From NCBI GenBank assembly GCA_019659125.1, contig JAIFVX010000001.1:15437-79436 (forward strand): 64,000 nt of DNA, in the 5' to 3' direction. The notes below the pieces were generated by a model, which had not been told where the DNA came from, made no database searches, and saw nothing but the letters and a program-made list of their open reading frames with translations. The stretch's first letter is position 1, and each line of letters starts with the position of its first letter. The DNA comes from Candidatus Pacearchaeota archaeon (GTDB taxonomy: Archaea; Nanobdellota; Nanobdellia; Pacearchaeales; GW2011-AR1). Both the position numbers and the translations under genes were made by a program. Of this stretch, positions 1 through 8,645 are shown in pieces.

Positions 1-152
1 AAAGCTCACTCCAGGTCTGTATGATCTCCTGCGTAACCGAGCTGTCACTAAATTTTAACAGTGCTGGTACGTTTCTATAAGGGTCAGAAATGGAATGGTC
101 CATAGTAAGAGTATAGATATGTAAAAAAAGAAGTCAAGGAACTATAAAGAGT

Positions 153-1430
153 TTACTTCTTCTCTTTGATCTCAATGCAGACACCAGCACCAACAGTAGC
201 TCCAGCGTCTCGGATTGCGAATCGAGCCATGTGAGGGTTCTTTGCCTGTGTTTCTAAGACAAGGTTTCCGATAGGCTTAACTCGAACTTTAGCAAGGTCT
301 CCATTCTTCAAGAAGTCTGGATTCTTTGAACTCTGTCCGTCAGGGCTTGTCTTTTCAATCAATTCGATGAACTGGCATGGGACCTGAGCAGTGTGCAAGT
401 GGAATACAGGTGTGTAACCCTTTGCAATAACAGTAGGATGTGAAATAACTGCAATCTGAGCAACGAACTCTTCAACAATCGGGATAGGGAATGCTGCGTC
501 GCAGACAACGTCTCCTCGTGCAACATCCTTCTTTCCAATACCTCTGATGTTGACTCCAACGTTGTCTCCAGCTTCTGCAGAAGGCAACTGTTCATGATGC
601 ATTTCAACTGATCGTATCTCTCCCTCTACTCCCTTTCCAGTTCGTCCAGGTAAGATTATGACTTTCTGTCCGACCTTGATTATTCCTGTTTCAACCTTTC
701 CAACGGGAACGGTTCCAATACCGGTAATTTCATAGACATCCTGTAATGGCATTCGAAGAGGAAGGTTTGTTGGCTTCTCAGGCTGCTTGAACAAGTCAAG
801 TTGTTCCATGATAGTAGGACCCTTGTACCATGGCATGTTAGCAGATTTCTTGACAACGTTATCTCCCTTGAATCCTGAAACTGCCAAGAAGGTGATTTCA
901 TCAGGCTTGTATCCTGCTTGCTTCAAAAGAGTAGAAACCTCTGCCTTGACCTTATTGAATGCATCTTCCTTGTAGTCGACAGCGTCCATCTTGTTTGCGA
1001 TGACTGCAATCTGTCCTACTCCCATAGTCCTCAAAAGCCATACATGCTCTTTTGTCTGTGGTTGAACTCCATCTTTTGCAGATACGGTCAAGAATGCTGC
1101 ATCAGACTGTGAAGCTCCAGTGATCATGTTCTTAATGAAGTCCTTGTGTCCAGGAGCGTCAATGATGGTAACTTCATACTTGTTGGTTATCAATTTTTCA
1201 TAAGAAAGGTCGATAGTGACTCCTCGTTCTCTCTCTTCCTTAAACTTGTCCATAACGAATGCGAATTCGAATCCTACTTTTCCATGCTTCTGTGCTTCTG
1301 CCTTAAGCTTGTCAAGTTCCTGTTGAGAAAGCTTTCCAGAATCGAACATAAGTCTACCTATTGTCGTCGATTTTCCGTGGTCTACGTGACCTACAAATGC
1401 AACGTTAATTGTTGGTTTTTGCTTTGCCAT
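153..1430 (-). CDS. tuf: translation elongation factor aEF-1alpha (EF-Tu family GTPase)
   Basis: 425 aa; N-terminal GHVDHGKST G1 motif with the archaeal/eukaryotic-type start MAKQKPxINV; DAPGHKDF G3 motif; NKMD G4; full-length three-domain EF-1alpha. Confidence 0.95.
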   Translation of the reverse strand: MAKQKPTINVAFVGHVDHGKSTTIGRLMFDSGKLSQQELDKLKAEAQKHGKVGFEFAFVMDKFKEERERGVTIDLSYEKLITNKYEVTIIDAPGHKDFIKNMITGASQSDAAFLTVSAKDGVQPQTKEHVWLLRTMGVGQIAVIANKMDAVDYKEDAFNKVKAEVSTLLKQAGYKPDEITFLAVSGFKGDNVVKKSANMPWYKGPTIMEQLDLFKQPEKPTNLPLRMPLQDVYEITGIGTVPVGKVETGIIKVGQKVIILPGRTGKGVEGEIRSVEMHHEQLPSAEAGDNVGVNIRGIGKKDVARGDVVCDAAFPIPIVEEFVAQIAVISHPTVIAKGYTPVFHLHTAQVPCQFIELIEKTSPDGQSSKNPDFLKNGDLAKVRVKPIGNLVLETQAKNPHMARFAIRDAGATVGAGVCIEIKEKK

Positions 1431-1459
1431 GTGATTGTATCTTTCTCTAATTTTGAGGG

Positions 1460-1467
1460 TATTTAAA
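1460..1467 (-). promoter_or_regulatory. TATA-like box (TTTAAATA on minus strand) ~30 nt upstream of the tuf ATG; implies a near-leaderless transcript
   Basis: AT-rich octamer in the divergent intergenic region; spacing fits an archaeal TATA-to-start distance. Confidence 0.3.
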
Positions 1468-1527
1468 CTTTTCTTTCACAGGAAAGAAAACTGTACAAAG
1501 GTTATTTTGTTATTACTCTAGGGTAAC

Positions 1528-1536
1528 ATTTAAATA
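1528..1536 (+). promoter_or_regulatory. TATA-like box (ATTTAAATA) ~25 nt upstream of the ORF 1559 ATG
   Basis: Divergent promoter region shared with tuf; spacing typical of a leaderless archaeal mRNA. Confidence 0.3.
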
Positions 1537-1558
1537 GCCGTTATTTCAGCCTTTTATT

Positions 1559-1822
1559 ATGAAAGACAGAGAAACAATTTACTTCGATGCAGAATCAGTA
1601 CGTGAAGCAAGCGATGCACTTAGTTATGACCTTTCACAGTTATCTAATGAAGGATTACTTACCTATATAGACAGACTTCAGGATAGGCAGGAAACGATTG
1701 TATTAAGAGGAATAAATTCCGGCGCAACCAGAGAAGATCATACTCTTTTAAGAATGTATGACCTAGCAATACAGAGAGCACATGATGATTTCGAAGGAAG
1801 AGGCAGGAGAAAAGCCGCTTAG
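1559..1822 (+). CDS. hypothetical protein (87 aa), first gene of an opposite-strand cassette inserted between tuf and fusA
   Basis: ORF with ATG directly after the TATA-like box; no recognisable motif; ends with TAG and is followed in the same frame by ORF 1829. Confidence 0.45.
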   Translation: MKDRETIYFDAESVREASDALSYDLSQLSNEGLLTYIDRLQDRQETIVLRGINSGATREDHTLLRMYDLAIQRAHDDFEGRGRRKAA

Positions 1823-1828
1823 AGTACG

Positions 1829-2050
1829 ATGAAAATGCACTATTCTTTGTTTGCCTCGCAAGTAAGGGATTATGATCCATCTCCACTGTCAAAAAAAGAA
1901 CTGATACGTCATATTGTAAGACTAAGCAGATCTACTCAGGAGCTCGAGATGAATCGAGGTACATGCCCGGAAATTGAGTTGTGTCTTCGGGCAGTCAAGT
2001 ATGCTTCAAAAAGAGCGTATCAAGAGGCTATGCGAAAGTACTCTGCATAA
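1829..2050 (+). CDS. hypothetical protein (73 aa), same frame as ORF 1559 and separated from it by a single TAG plus 2 codons
   Basis: ORF track; 6-nt spacing to the previous stop; no recognisable motif. Confidence 0.4.
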   Translation: MKMHYSLFASQVRDYDPSPLSKKELIRHIVRLSRSTQELEMNRGTCPEIELCLRAVKYASKRAYQEAMRKYSA

Positions 2051-2054
2051 TCCT

Positions 2055-3608
2055 ATGGCTGAAAAACACTATGACGCTGACTGGGCAAAAGCAAAATCAC
2101 GTGGCTTAGTTAAAGATATGATTCAGAAGACTATTCTTACATTTAGAAGACCACAGGATCTTAAAGTTCTTTGTTTACCGGGAAGAGATGCAGCAGAGGT
2201 CTACGAAGTTTACGATCCATTAGGTATCTCGCGATATAATATCATTGGTCTAGAGCGAGATCGAAGTATTGCAGAAGAGATTGAAGGAAAGGGATTAGGT
2301 ATCAAAGTAATAAATAAAAGCCTGGAAGAGTATGTAGATAAAAATCATATTTCTTGCCTCGATGTAGTAAGCCTCGATTTTACTGGATATTTACAGAGCT
2401 CCCAGTTAGATGCCCTAAGAAAAATATGTAAAAAATATGCCAATACTAATTGGATACTTCATTGGGCAAATTCCATTAAAAGAGATGGGGCTAGTAATAA
2501 TCTGTACGTACGAGGAGCAGCAAATGATTTTGAAACGGCTGTAAGTAAGTTGAGTGACTTTATAAATAAAGAAAACTCACCAGACAATTCCATAGCGATG
2601 TCTACCGCTAATGTAATGGAAGAGTTTCAAAAAAAGATTTCCAATGGAGAGCTCAGTAAAGATGAAAAAGCTCTTTCAGCTCTCACCTTAGTTAGAGCGA
2701 CGACAGGAGGAGAGTATCTTGATGGGATAGGAAAAATTTTCAAATTCTGTACGGGAAATAAATATGAAGGATATATACAACAGTTGGAGCAGGAAATGGG
2801 GAGGGAGATAGATAGGGAAAACCCCTATAAGTCTATAGGCTATCATCCAATAGTTCGCGACATGTTAGATGAGATTTCATTGACTAGCATTAAGCAAGCT
2901 GCTAAGGAAAATAAGATAGATCCTTTGTTTATATCAACTATCTGGAGTGCATTAGAGCATGCGGCAAGTGAAACTAAGGGGTTTGTGCCGAAAGATACGG
3001 TTACATATTCATATATTTCAGAGTCAGGCAATCCAATGGTTGGAAATGTAAGCTTTCTTTCTCACAACTGGAGATATGATAAAGCCGCAAAAGAGCTTGC
3101 CAGAGCTATAGGATTTCCGAATAAGATGAATTTAAAGGAGGACTATCAATTTTTAATGGCTTGTAAGAAGGCTTCAGATGCGATGCATTCTGAAGGGCGT
3201 TCTCCAGAGGACATAAAGAACATGATGAAAAAAGAGAAGGAAATAGTCTTTCTGGGAAGTTCATCTCGTCCAGTTCTTTCAAAGCAAAGATTTGTAGAGG
3301 AGCTCGAGAATGGGATGTCACTTGATCAGATAAAAGAAAAATACAGAGGATGGGAGAACAAGCCTCTCCCCCAATGGAAAGCTCACGTCACGATGGGAAG
3401 CTACAAGTCAAAAGACTTAGTTGAAGAAGCGGATGAAGATAGTGATCTAGAGAAGATCACAAAAGAGCAGGCAGTGGATTTATTATCTTCAGGTATACCT
3501 GCCGAAGAGATCCATGCAGCATACCCTACATCATTTAGCACTCAGCAATTGCGTGCATATAAAGCCCATGTAACCATGGGCACATATAAAAACGGAAAAG
3601 AAGAATAA
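2055..3608 (+). CDS. hypothetical protein (517 aa) with a Rossmann-like N-terminal region and a duplicated C-terminal KAHVTMG[ST]YK motif
   Basis: Long ORF (track gives 1974; the ATG at 2055 lies 4 nt after the upstream stop and avoids a 77-nt overlap). N-terminus KVLCLPGRDAAEV...NIIGLERD...LDVVSLDFTGY resembles MTase motifs I/II/IV but is non-canonical. C-terminus carries WKAHVTMGSYK and YKAHVTMGTYK. Confidence 0.6.
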   Translation: MAEKHYDADWAKAKSRGLVKDMIQKTILTFRRPQDLKVLCLPGRDAAEVYEVYDPLGISRYNIIGLERDRSIAEEIEGKGLGIKVINKSLEEYVDKNHISCLDVVSLDFTGYLQSSQLDALRKICKKYANTNWILHWANSIKRDGASNNLYVRGAANDFETAVSKLSDFINKENSPDNSIAMSTANVMEEFQKKISNGELSKDEKALSALTLVRATTGGEYLDGIGKIFKFCTGNKYEGYIQQLEQEMGREIDRENPYKSIGYHPIVRDMLDEISLTSIKQAAKENKIDPLFISTIWSALEHAASETKGFVPKDTVTYSYISESGNPMVGNVSFLSHNWRYDKAAKELARAIGFPNKMNLKEDYQFLMACKKASDAMHSEGRSPEDIKNMMKKEKEIVFLGSSSRPVLSKQRFVEELENGMSLDQIKEKYRGWENKPLPQWKAHVTMGSYKSKDLVEEADEDSDLEKITKEQAVDLLSSGIPAEEIHAAYPTSFSTQQLRAYKAHVTMGTYKNGKEE

Positions 3609-5798
3609 TTACTGGTTCTCAGCCAAGCCCTTTCTACTTCTGATCTTTCTAATGACCTCTGCTTGCAATTCTGTTGGAAGCTTCTGGAAGTTCTGATCCA
3701 TAAGGGATGAGACTCCTCTACCTTCAGTCGAGCCTCGCAAGTCATTGCTCCATCCGATCATTTCAGCTACAGGAATCTTTGCCTTGATGAGCGTGTCAAT
3801 ACCTTCCTGCGTTACATCAAGGAGAACTCCTCGCTTACCACCGACAAGCTGTGTTACAGTCCCCATGAAGTCAACGGGAGCTTCAATCAAATGTGTTTGG
3901 ATAGGCTCGAGAATAGTTGCTCCACCCTTTCTCATGGCATCAAACATTCCAAGTCGAACAGCTGGATAGATCTGTGCCGGTCCTCTATGCATGTGGTCCA
4001 CGTGAAGCTTCGCATCATGCAATACAAACTTGGTCTTCATCATAGGTTCTTTTGCCAGAGGTCCACCATCTACAACAAGCTTCCATCCATCCATGATAGA
4101 ATCAATGACTTCAGGAAGTAAGACTAATCCTCTGGTTCTGTCTTCAAAGACATTTCCTTTGTACAGTTCCCGATATGATCGCGCTTCATCGTTTGGAATT
4201 CCCAGTTCGTTCAGCTTCTTCCATACATCCTCAGCTCTTTTCTTCAGTCGAGCCTCTGGAAGCTCTCCTTTTTCCATAGCTGCATAAACATCATCTTCTA
4301 AGGGAGCCATGCTCAAATAGAATATGTTATGTCCATTGGGAGTCCTGACTTCAACTTCAGGGCTTTCTCGCGCGATTGACTCTCTATAAACAACAATAGG
4401 AGGCCCTGTCTTAACGTCAAGACCTTTCTCATTCTTGATTCTTCCCTCTATGATTTCCAAGTGCAGTTCACCCATTCCAGAAAGCAAGTTTTCTCCTGTT
4501 TCCTCATTGATTTCAATCTTGATGCTTGGATCCTCTTTTCCTACTCTTCGCAGAACTTCAATTAACTTTGGAAGGTCTGCTGACTTGGTAACTTCAATAG
4601 ACTTGGTAATGACTGGCTGGAAGATATGTTTAATTTCTTCAAACGGTGTCTGCTCATTAAGTGTGATAGTCTCTCCAACATCCACATTGAGGCCTACAAG
4701 AGCAAGAACATTTCCGGCAGGTACTCTCTCAAGCTGTTCTGGCTTAATTCCATTGTAAACGAGAACTTGCTGGATTCGTGTTTTCTTCTTGGCGTTGTTG
4801 GCATATACTTCCATACCATTGACAAGAGTTCCAGAGTAGAGTCGTCCTGCAGCTATTTCTTTTCCTGATCGCTTATCAATGATGATATTGGTGATAACGA
4901 ATGCTATCTCTCCCTTTGGATCACACTGTATTAAACTTTTTCCCAAGGTACTGTCTATATCTCCCTTCCAAATTTTAGGAATTCTATATTTCTGAGCTTC
5001 TAAGGGATTAGGAAGATGTTTTACAGCCATATCAAGAATAACTTCATTAAGAGGAGCATTCTCCCATACCCACTTCTTCCTTTCCTGATCTTCCATCTCA
5101 TATATCTTGTAAATATCTTTAAAGCTAACATTCTTTTTCTTCATGAATGGCAAAGAAAGTGCCCAGTTTTCCTTTGCAGATCCAAAAGCAACGCTTCCAT
5201 CCATAACATTGACTTTCCACTTTTCCTTATACTCTGGTTCTGCGATCTGCATAAGAAGATTATTGAAATCATTAATTAGCTTCATGAATCTTTCCTGCAT
5301 CTGCTCAGGTGTTACTTTCAATTCCTTGATCAATCGATCAACCTTGTTAATGAATAATACAGGTTTCACTCTTTCTCGCAATGCCTGCTTCAAGACTGTT
5401 TCAGTCTGCGGCATGATACCCTCTACAGCGCAGATAAGGACGAAAGTGCCATCAATGGCTCGCATAGCCCGTGTAACGTTTCCTCCAAAGTCAACGTGTC
5501 CTGGAGTGTCGATGAGATTGATAAGATATTCCTGGCCTTGGAATTCGTGAGCCATAGAGACGTTTGCAGCGTCAACAGTCATTAATCGTTCTTGTTCATC
5601 AGCGTGCTGCCAGGTAGTCATTCCTTCATCGAGATTTCCAGCATTTTTAGCAGCCATCAATCCAGCTGCAGCTAACAAATTGTCAGTAAATGCAGTCTTT
5701 CCGTGGTGGATGTGCGCGCTTGTCGCTACATTACGGATTGTCTCTTGCTTCGACGTCAATCGCTTGATCTTCTCTAAACTTGTTTCTTTCTCTACCAT
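3609..5798 (-). CDS. fusA: translation elongation factor aEF-2
   Basis: 729 aa; GTPase G-domain (AHIHHGKT, DTPGHVDF, NKVD); C-terminal domain IV with the diphthamide-region HVDHMHRGPAQI motif. Confidence 0.95.
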   Translation of the reverse strand: MVEKETSLEKIKRLTSKQETIRNVATSAHIHHGKTAFTDNLLAAAGLMAAKNAGNLDEGMTTWQHADEQERLMTVDAANVSMAHEFQGQEYLINLIDTPGHVDFGGNVTRAMRAIDGTFVLICAVEGIMPQTETVLKQALRERVKPVLFINKVDRLIKELKVTPEQMQERFMKLINDFNNLLMQIAEPEYKEKWKVNVMDGSVAFGSAKENWALSLPFMKKKNVSFKDIYKIYEMEDQERKKWVWENAPLNEVILDMAVKHLPNPLEAQKYRIPKIWKGDIDSTLGKSLIQCDPKGEIAFVITNIIIDKRSGKEIAAGRLYSGTLVNGMEVYANNAKKKTRIQQVLVYNGIKPEQLERVPAGNVLALVGLNVDVGETITLNEQTPFEEIKHIFQPVITKSIEVTKSADLPKLIEVLRRVGKEDPSIKIEINEETGENLLSGMGELHLEIIEGRIKNEKGLDVKTGPPIVVYRESIARESPEVEVRTPNGHNIFYLSMAPLEDDVYAAMEKGELPEARLKKRAEDVWKKLNELGIPNDEARSYRELYKGNVFEDRTRGLVLLPEVIDSIMDGWKLVVDGGPLAKEPMMKTKFVLHDAKLHVDHMHRGPAQIYPAVRLGMFDAMRKGGATILEPIQTHLIEAPVDFMGTVTQLVGGKRGVLLDVTQEGIDTLIKAKIPVAEMIGWSNDLRGSTEGRGVSSLMDQNFQKLPTELQAEVIRKIRSRKGLAENQ

Positions 5799-5838
5799 GT
5801 TAGAATAAAGGGTGGTACAAAAAAAGGTTTTTAAACCT

Positions 5839-6159
5839 TTACTCGGAGGTTTCTTTCTCGAGCCTACTGAATTCTTCTACCCAATCATTAAAAAGGTGTC
5901 TTTCGCCATGAGCAAACAAGGATTGATACTCTTCACTTCCCATGATCTTTGCCTGTATGCGTAATTCAACGGTGTTTATCCGTACACAAAGGGAGTTATA
6001 TATGCGTGAGTGGTTATGGTTTTTATCCCTATAATCGCTTGTGTAGTCCCGAAGAACTTGTATTTTTTCTCGAGCATGCTCTCGCAGATCGACAACAATC
6101 GGTTCTTCAACCATCTCTTCATCCGGCTCAGCGTAGACTTCCATCTTATTCCTCGTCAA
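5839..6159 (-). CDS. hypothetical acidic protein (106 aa) between rps7 and fusA
   Basis: ORF co-oriented with the operon; no recognisable motif. Confidence 0.4.
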   Translation of the reverse strand: MTRNKMEVYAEPDEEMVEEPIVVDLREHAREKIQVLRDYTSDYRDKNHNHSRIYNSLCVRINTVELRIQAKIMGSEEYQSLFAHGERHLFNDWVEEFSRLEKETSE

Positions 6160-6212
6160 AACAGAGAATTAAGATTATAAATATTATGGCGATGGATTAT
6201 TTTAAAGAACTA

Positions 6213-6788
6213 TTAATCTCCACTATTACTGTCATTCCAAAAATCTTTAAATCCTGCCCACGCCCTTGACAAAAGTCCTTTCTTTTCTCGAGGAGTCTCT
6301 TCCTTTTTAACACCACATGTGGAACAGTAATTACCATCTCTGAATTGGTGAGTGCACTTAAAGCCACCCGAGTTTCTTACTGAGGGATATGAATTATATA
6401 CGTTATCTACAGATTGAGTCTTAGTGCTTTGCATATGAGCGTGTTTTTCCGATAATGCCTTATAGACAACGTTAGATAGTGCGATCGAACCGGATTTTCC
6501 ATCTGCAAGAGCTTCCAAAGCTGAAATTGCTTCCGATACCGATATATTGGACAGTTTTATCCCATCAACTATTTTTCTCGTAGCTGTATAAAGACTTTCA
6601 ACATACTCTCGTTCTGGAGACTGCTCATCAACGCTTGTAATAAGCTGGATACCTGCATCCAAGGAAATGTTTGCGTTACGAAACAGTTCACTTGTTTGTG
6701 TTGAATAAGATACAAGTTTATCAAGAGTTTCCTTATAGTAAGCTCGTTCACTATAGGTTTCTACCAACTGCGTAATATCCTCTATCAT
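6213..6788 (-). CDS. hypothetical protein (191 aa) with C-terminal C-x-H...C-x2-C zinc-ribbon-like motif
   Basis: ORF co-oriented with the operon, 31 nt downstream of rps7; CTHQFRDGNYCSTCG near the C-terminus. Confidence 0.45.
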   Translation of the reverse strand: MIEDITQLVETYSERAYYKETLDKLVSYSTQTSELFRNANISLDAGIQLITSVDEQSPEREYVESLYTATRKIVDGIKLSNISVSEAISALEALADGKSGSIALSNVVYKALSEKHAHMQSTKTQSVDNVYNSYPSVRNSGGFKCTHQFRDGNYCSTCGVKKEETPREKKGLLSRAWAGFKDFWNDSNSGD

Positions 6789-6819
6789 GCATAAAGTACC
6801 AAGAGGACTATATTTAAAG

Positions 6820-7437
6820 TTATCGTGCAGAATCGGCCTGTTTTTCAGCTTCGTTCTTCTTATTCATGGCATAGCTTTCCATATTTCCCTGTGCAGCAAG
6901 CATGATCTCATTTGCCAGCGTTTCCGCCATATGCTTTTTCTTGCCAAATGATTTAGCGTACGCTCCAATGACCATCCATCGCAATGCCATATCAATCCTT
7001 CGTACAGGGCTCGTATCAACAGCTTGAGGGTATCGTGCACCGGCATGCTCAATGACAGTGATCTCATCTCGAGGAGATGCATGCTCAATGGCGTCAATGA
7101 AGACCTGGATAGGGTTCCTCTTCATTTTTTGCTCTATCATCTCAAGTGCCTTAAGCACGGTGGCCATGTTCTTGTTGTATTTTCCAGAGCTCCAGCTTGT
7201 GATAATCTTATGCTTCTTTCCTACATGTCCTGGAACAGCAAGCCTGTTGGCAAGTCGTTCAATAATGTTCATCTTGGTCTTTGCGAATCGCTCTTGCGCT
7301 CGTCCATGGGTCTTCAAAAGAAGTCGAGGTGTAAGATTGAAATAGGGCTTCAATGCAGGGTCTTTTATCTGCACTTCAACAAGCGAGTACTTGTCGAATG
7401 CCTTGAACTCGTGCTCTTGAGGTGTTGCTGTGGTCAT
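6820..7437 (-). CDS. rps7: 30S ribosomal protein S7 (uS7)
   Basis: 205 aa; archaeal S7/S5e-like sequence (…KSFGKKKHMAETLANEIMLAAQG…); start overlaps the upstream ORF stop (ATGA). Confidence 0.9.
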   Translation of the reverse strand: MTTATPQEHEFKAFDKYSLVEVQIKDPALKPYFNLTPRLLLKTHGRAQERFAKTKMNIIERLANRLAVPGHVGKKHKIITSWSSGKYNKNMATVLKALEMIEQKMKRNPIQVFIDAIEHASPRDEITVIEHAGARYPQAVDTSPVRRIDMALRWMVIGAYAKSFGKKKHMAETLANEIMLAAQGNMESYAMNKKNEAEKQADSAR

Positions 7438-7694
7438 GTTAATGATTCAAGACCTCCCTTTTTTCTGTTTTCAATCTCAGTGTATATTTCTCTTCCTTTT
7501 ACCGTAGCTTTTACATCGTACATTCTAGTCCCTTTTTCTTTTTCATGTACATTTACTAAACCCATTTTTTGAAGCTGAAGTGCAACATCGTAAGAATCTC
7601 TTGTCTTTTCAGAGAGAGTAATACCAAAGTGTTCCGAAGTAGATAGATACAGAATTGTTTCTTGAGGATGCGATAGTCTTATCTCTTCTGCCAT
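7434..7694 (-). CDS. small winged-helix-like protein (86 aa) inserted between rps12 and rps7, translationally coupled on both sides
   Basis: ATG overlaps the rps12 stop, and its TGA overlaps the rps7 ATG; HTH-like segment ITLSEKTRDSYDVALQLQKMGLV followed by a beta-hairpin-like KGTRMYDVKATVKG. Confidence 0.55.
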   Translation of the reverse strand: MAEEIRLSHPQETILYLSTSEHFGITLSEKTRDSYDVALQLQKMGLVNVHEKEKGTRMYDVKATVKGREIYTEIENRKKGGLESLT

Positions 7695-8116
7695 TATCTT
7701 CTACCCTTCTCTATCTTGCCCTTTACCAGTCTTCGGAGAGGCTGATCATTTACTTTGATAACTTGATATCTGATTCCAGGAATATCTCCCTTCGTGCTTC
7801 CCATGGCCCCGCCAATTCGTTCAATGACAACTTCATCGTGTTCATCAATGAATCTTTGTGCTAAGTTTCCAGGGATGAATGCTCCAACTTGGATACCATT
7901 CTTTATCAATTGTACTTTGCAGCATTTTCTCATCGCTGAGTTAGGCTGCTTCGCTTCTTTTTCAAATTTCGAGATGACGATTCCTTTTGCTTGGGATGAT
8001 CGTCCTATAGGGTCTGATTTCACGTTCAATCGAAGTGTCCGTTCTTTATACTGCCTCTGGCTCCATCTAAATTTTCTTCGGTTTTTCATCAATTTTCGAG
8101 CATTCATTAAACCCAT
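7694..8116 (-). CDS. rps12: 30S ribosomal protein S12 (uS12/S23e)
   Basis: 140 aa; conserved …[17 protein letters not shown]…FIPG…[12 protein letters not shown]…[10 protein letters not shown]. Confidence 0.92.
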   Translation of the reverse strand: MGLMNARKLMKNRRKFRWSQRQYKERTLRLNVKSDPIGRSSQAKGIVISKFEKEAKQPNSAMRKCCKVQLIKNGIQVGAFIPGNLAQRFIDEHDEVVIERIGGAMGSTKGDIPGIRYQVIKVNDQPLRRLVKGKIEKGRR

Positions 8117-8156
8117 AAAAGGAGGTAAGAAGTATGGTTTTTAAATCTTCTTGATA

Positions 8157-8573
8157 CTAGAGAATTCGTAAGCCCATGCCAAACATTTCCTGGAGAAGCT
8201 TTTTCAGCTCGTCAAATCGTCGTTTGTTTCGTCCAATAAGGGCTGCTTTTGATTGGGTATTGCCAGCATTGATAATAAATTCACCATCCTTCATCTCCAG
8301 TGACTTAAATTTTACGGGAGAAACAACGTCTTCAATAAATCGTGCGGCCTCTGCATGCCCTTCTGCTTCCTGCACAATTCGTATTCTTTTTCCAAGCTTG
8401 TCTTGTAATGCGCGAATGTTTGAGGCATCAGGGCCTATCGCCTTGGACATCATATGTTTTGGCACTGCAAAATAAATAGTGTTGTTGTAAATGAAACAAT
8501 GTCTCGTCTTGACATTTGAAGCTCTGTCTAAGAGGTTTATGTATCGCATAATGTGCATATCTATTACTGACAT
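8157..8573 (-). CDS. nusA: archaeal NusA-like transcription termination factor (KH domains only)
   Basis: 138 aa; KH-type motifs (…IGRNKRRFDELKKL…); conserved position between rpoA and rps12. Confidence 0.75.
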   Translation of the reverse strand: MSVIDMHIMRYINLLDRASNVKTRHCFIYNNTIYFAVPKHMMSKAIGPDASNIRALQDKLGKRIRIVQEAEGHAEAARFIEDVVSPVKFKSLEMKDGEFIINAGNTQSKAALIGRNKRRFDELKKLLQEMFGMGLRIL

Positions 8574-8645
8574 AGTATGAACAGAGAATGAATGTGTTTC
8601 ACCATCGTATAATCTTCACTCTCAGACAGAGTTTATAAATTTATC

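Noticed and set aside
1-103. Open frame on the minus strand downstream of tuf (MDHSISDPYRNVPALL…, running off the window start) where rps10 would be expected
   Set aside because: The 34 visible residues do not resemble the S10 N-terminus (no ARIRL/…TG motif) and the ORF is truncated; not called.
1974-2054. Upstream extension of the 517-aa ORF to the first in-frame ATG at 1974
   Set aside because: It would overlap ORF 1829-2050 by 77 nt in another frame; the ATG at 2055 sits 4 nt after that ORF's stop, so the shorter start is preferred.
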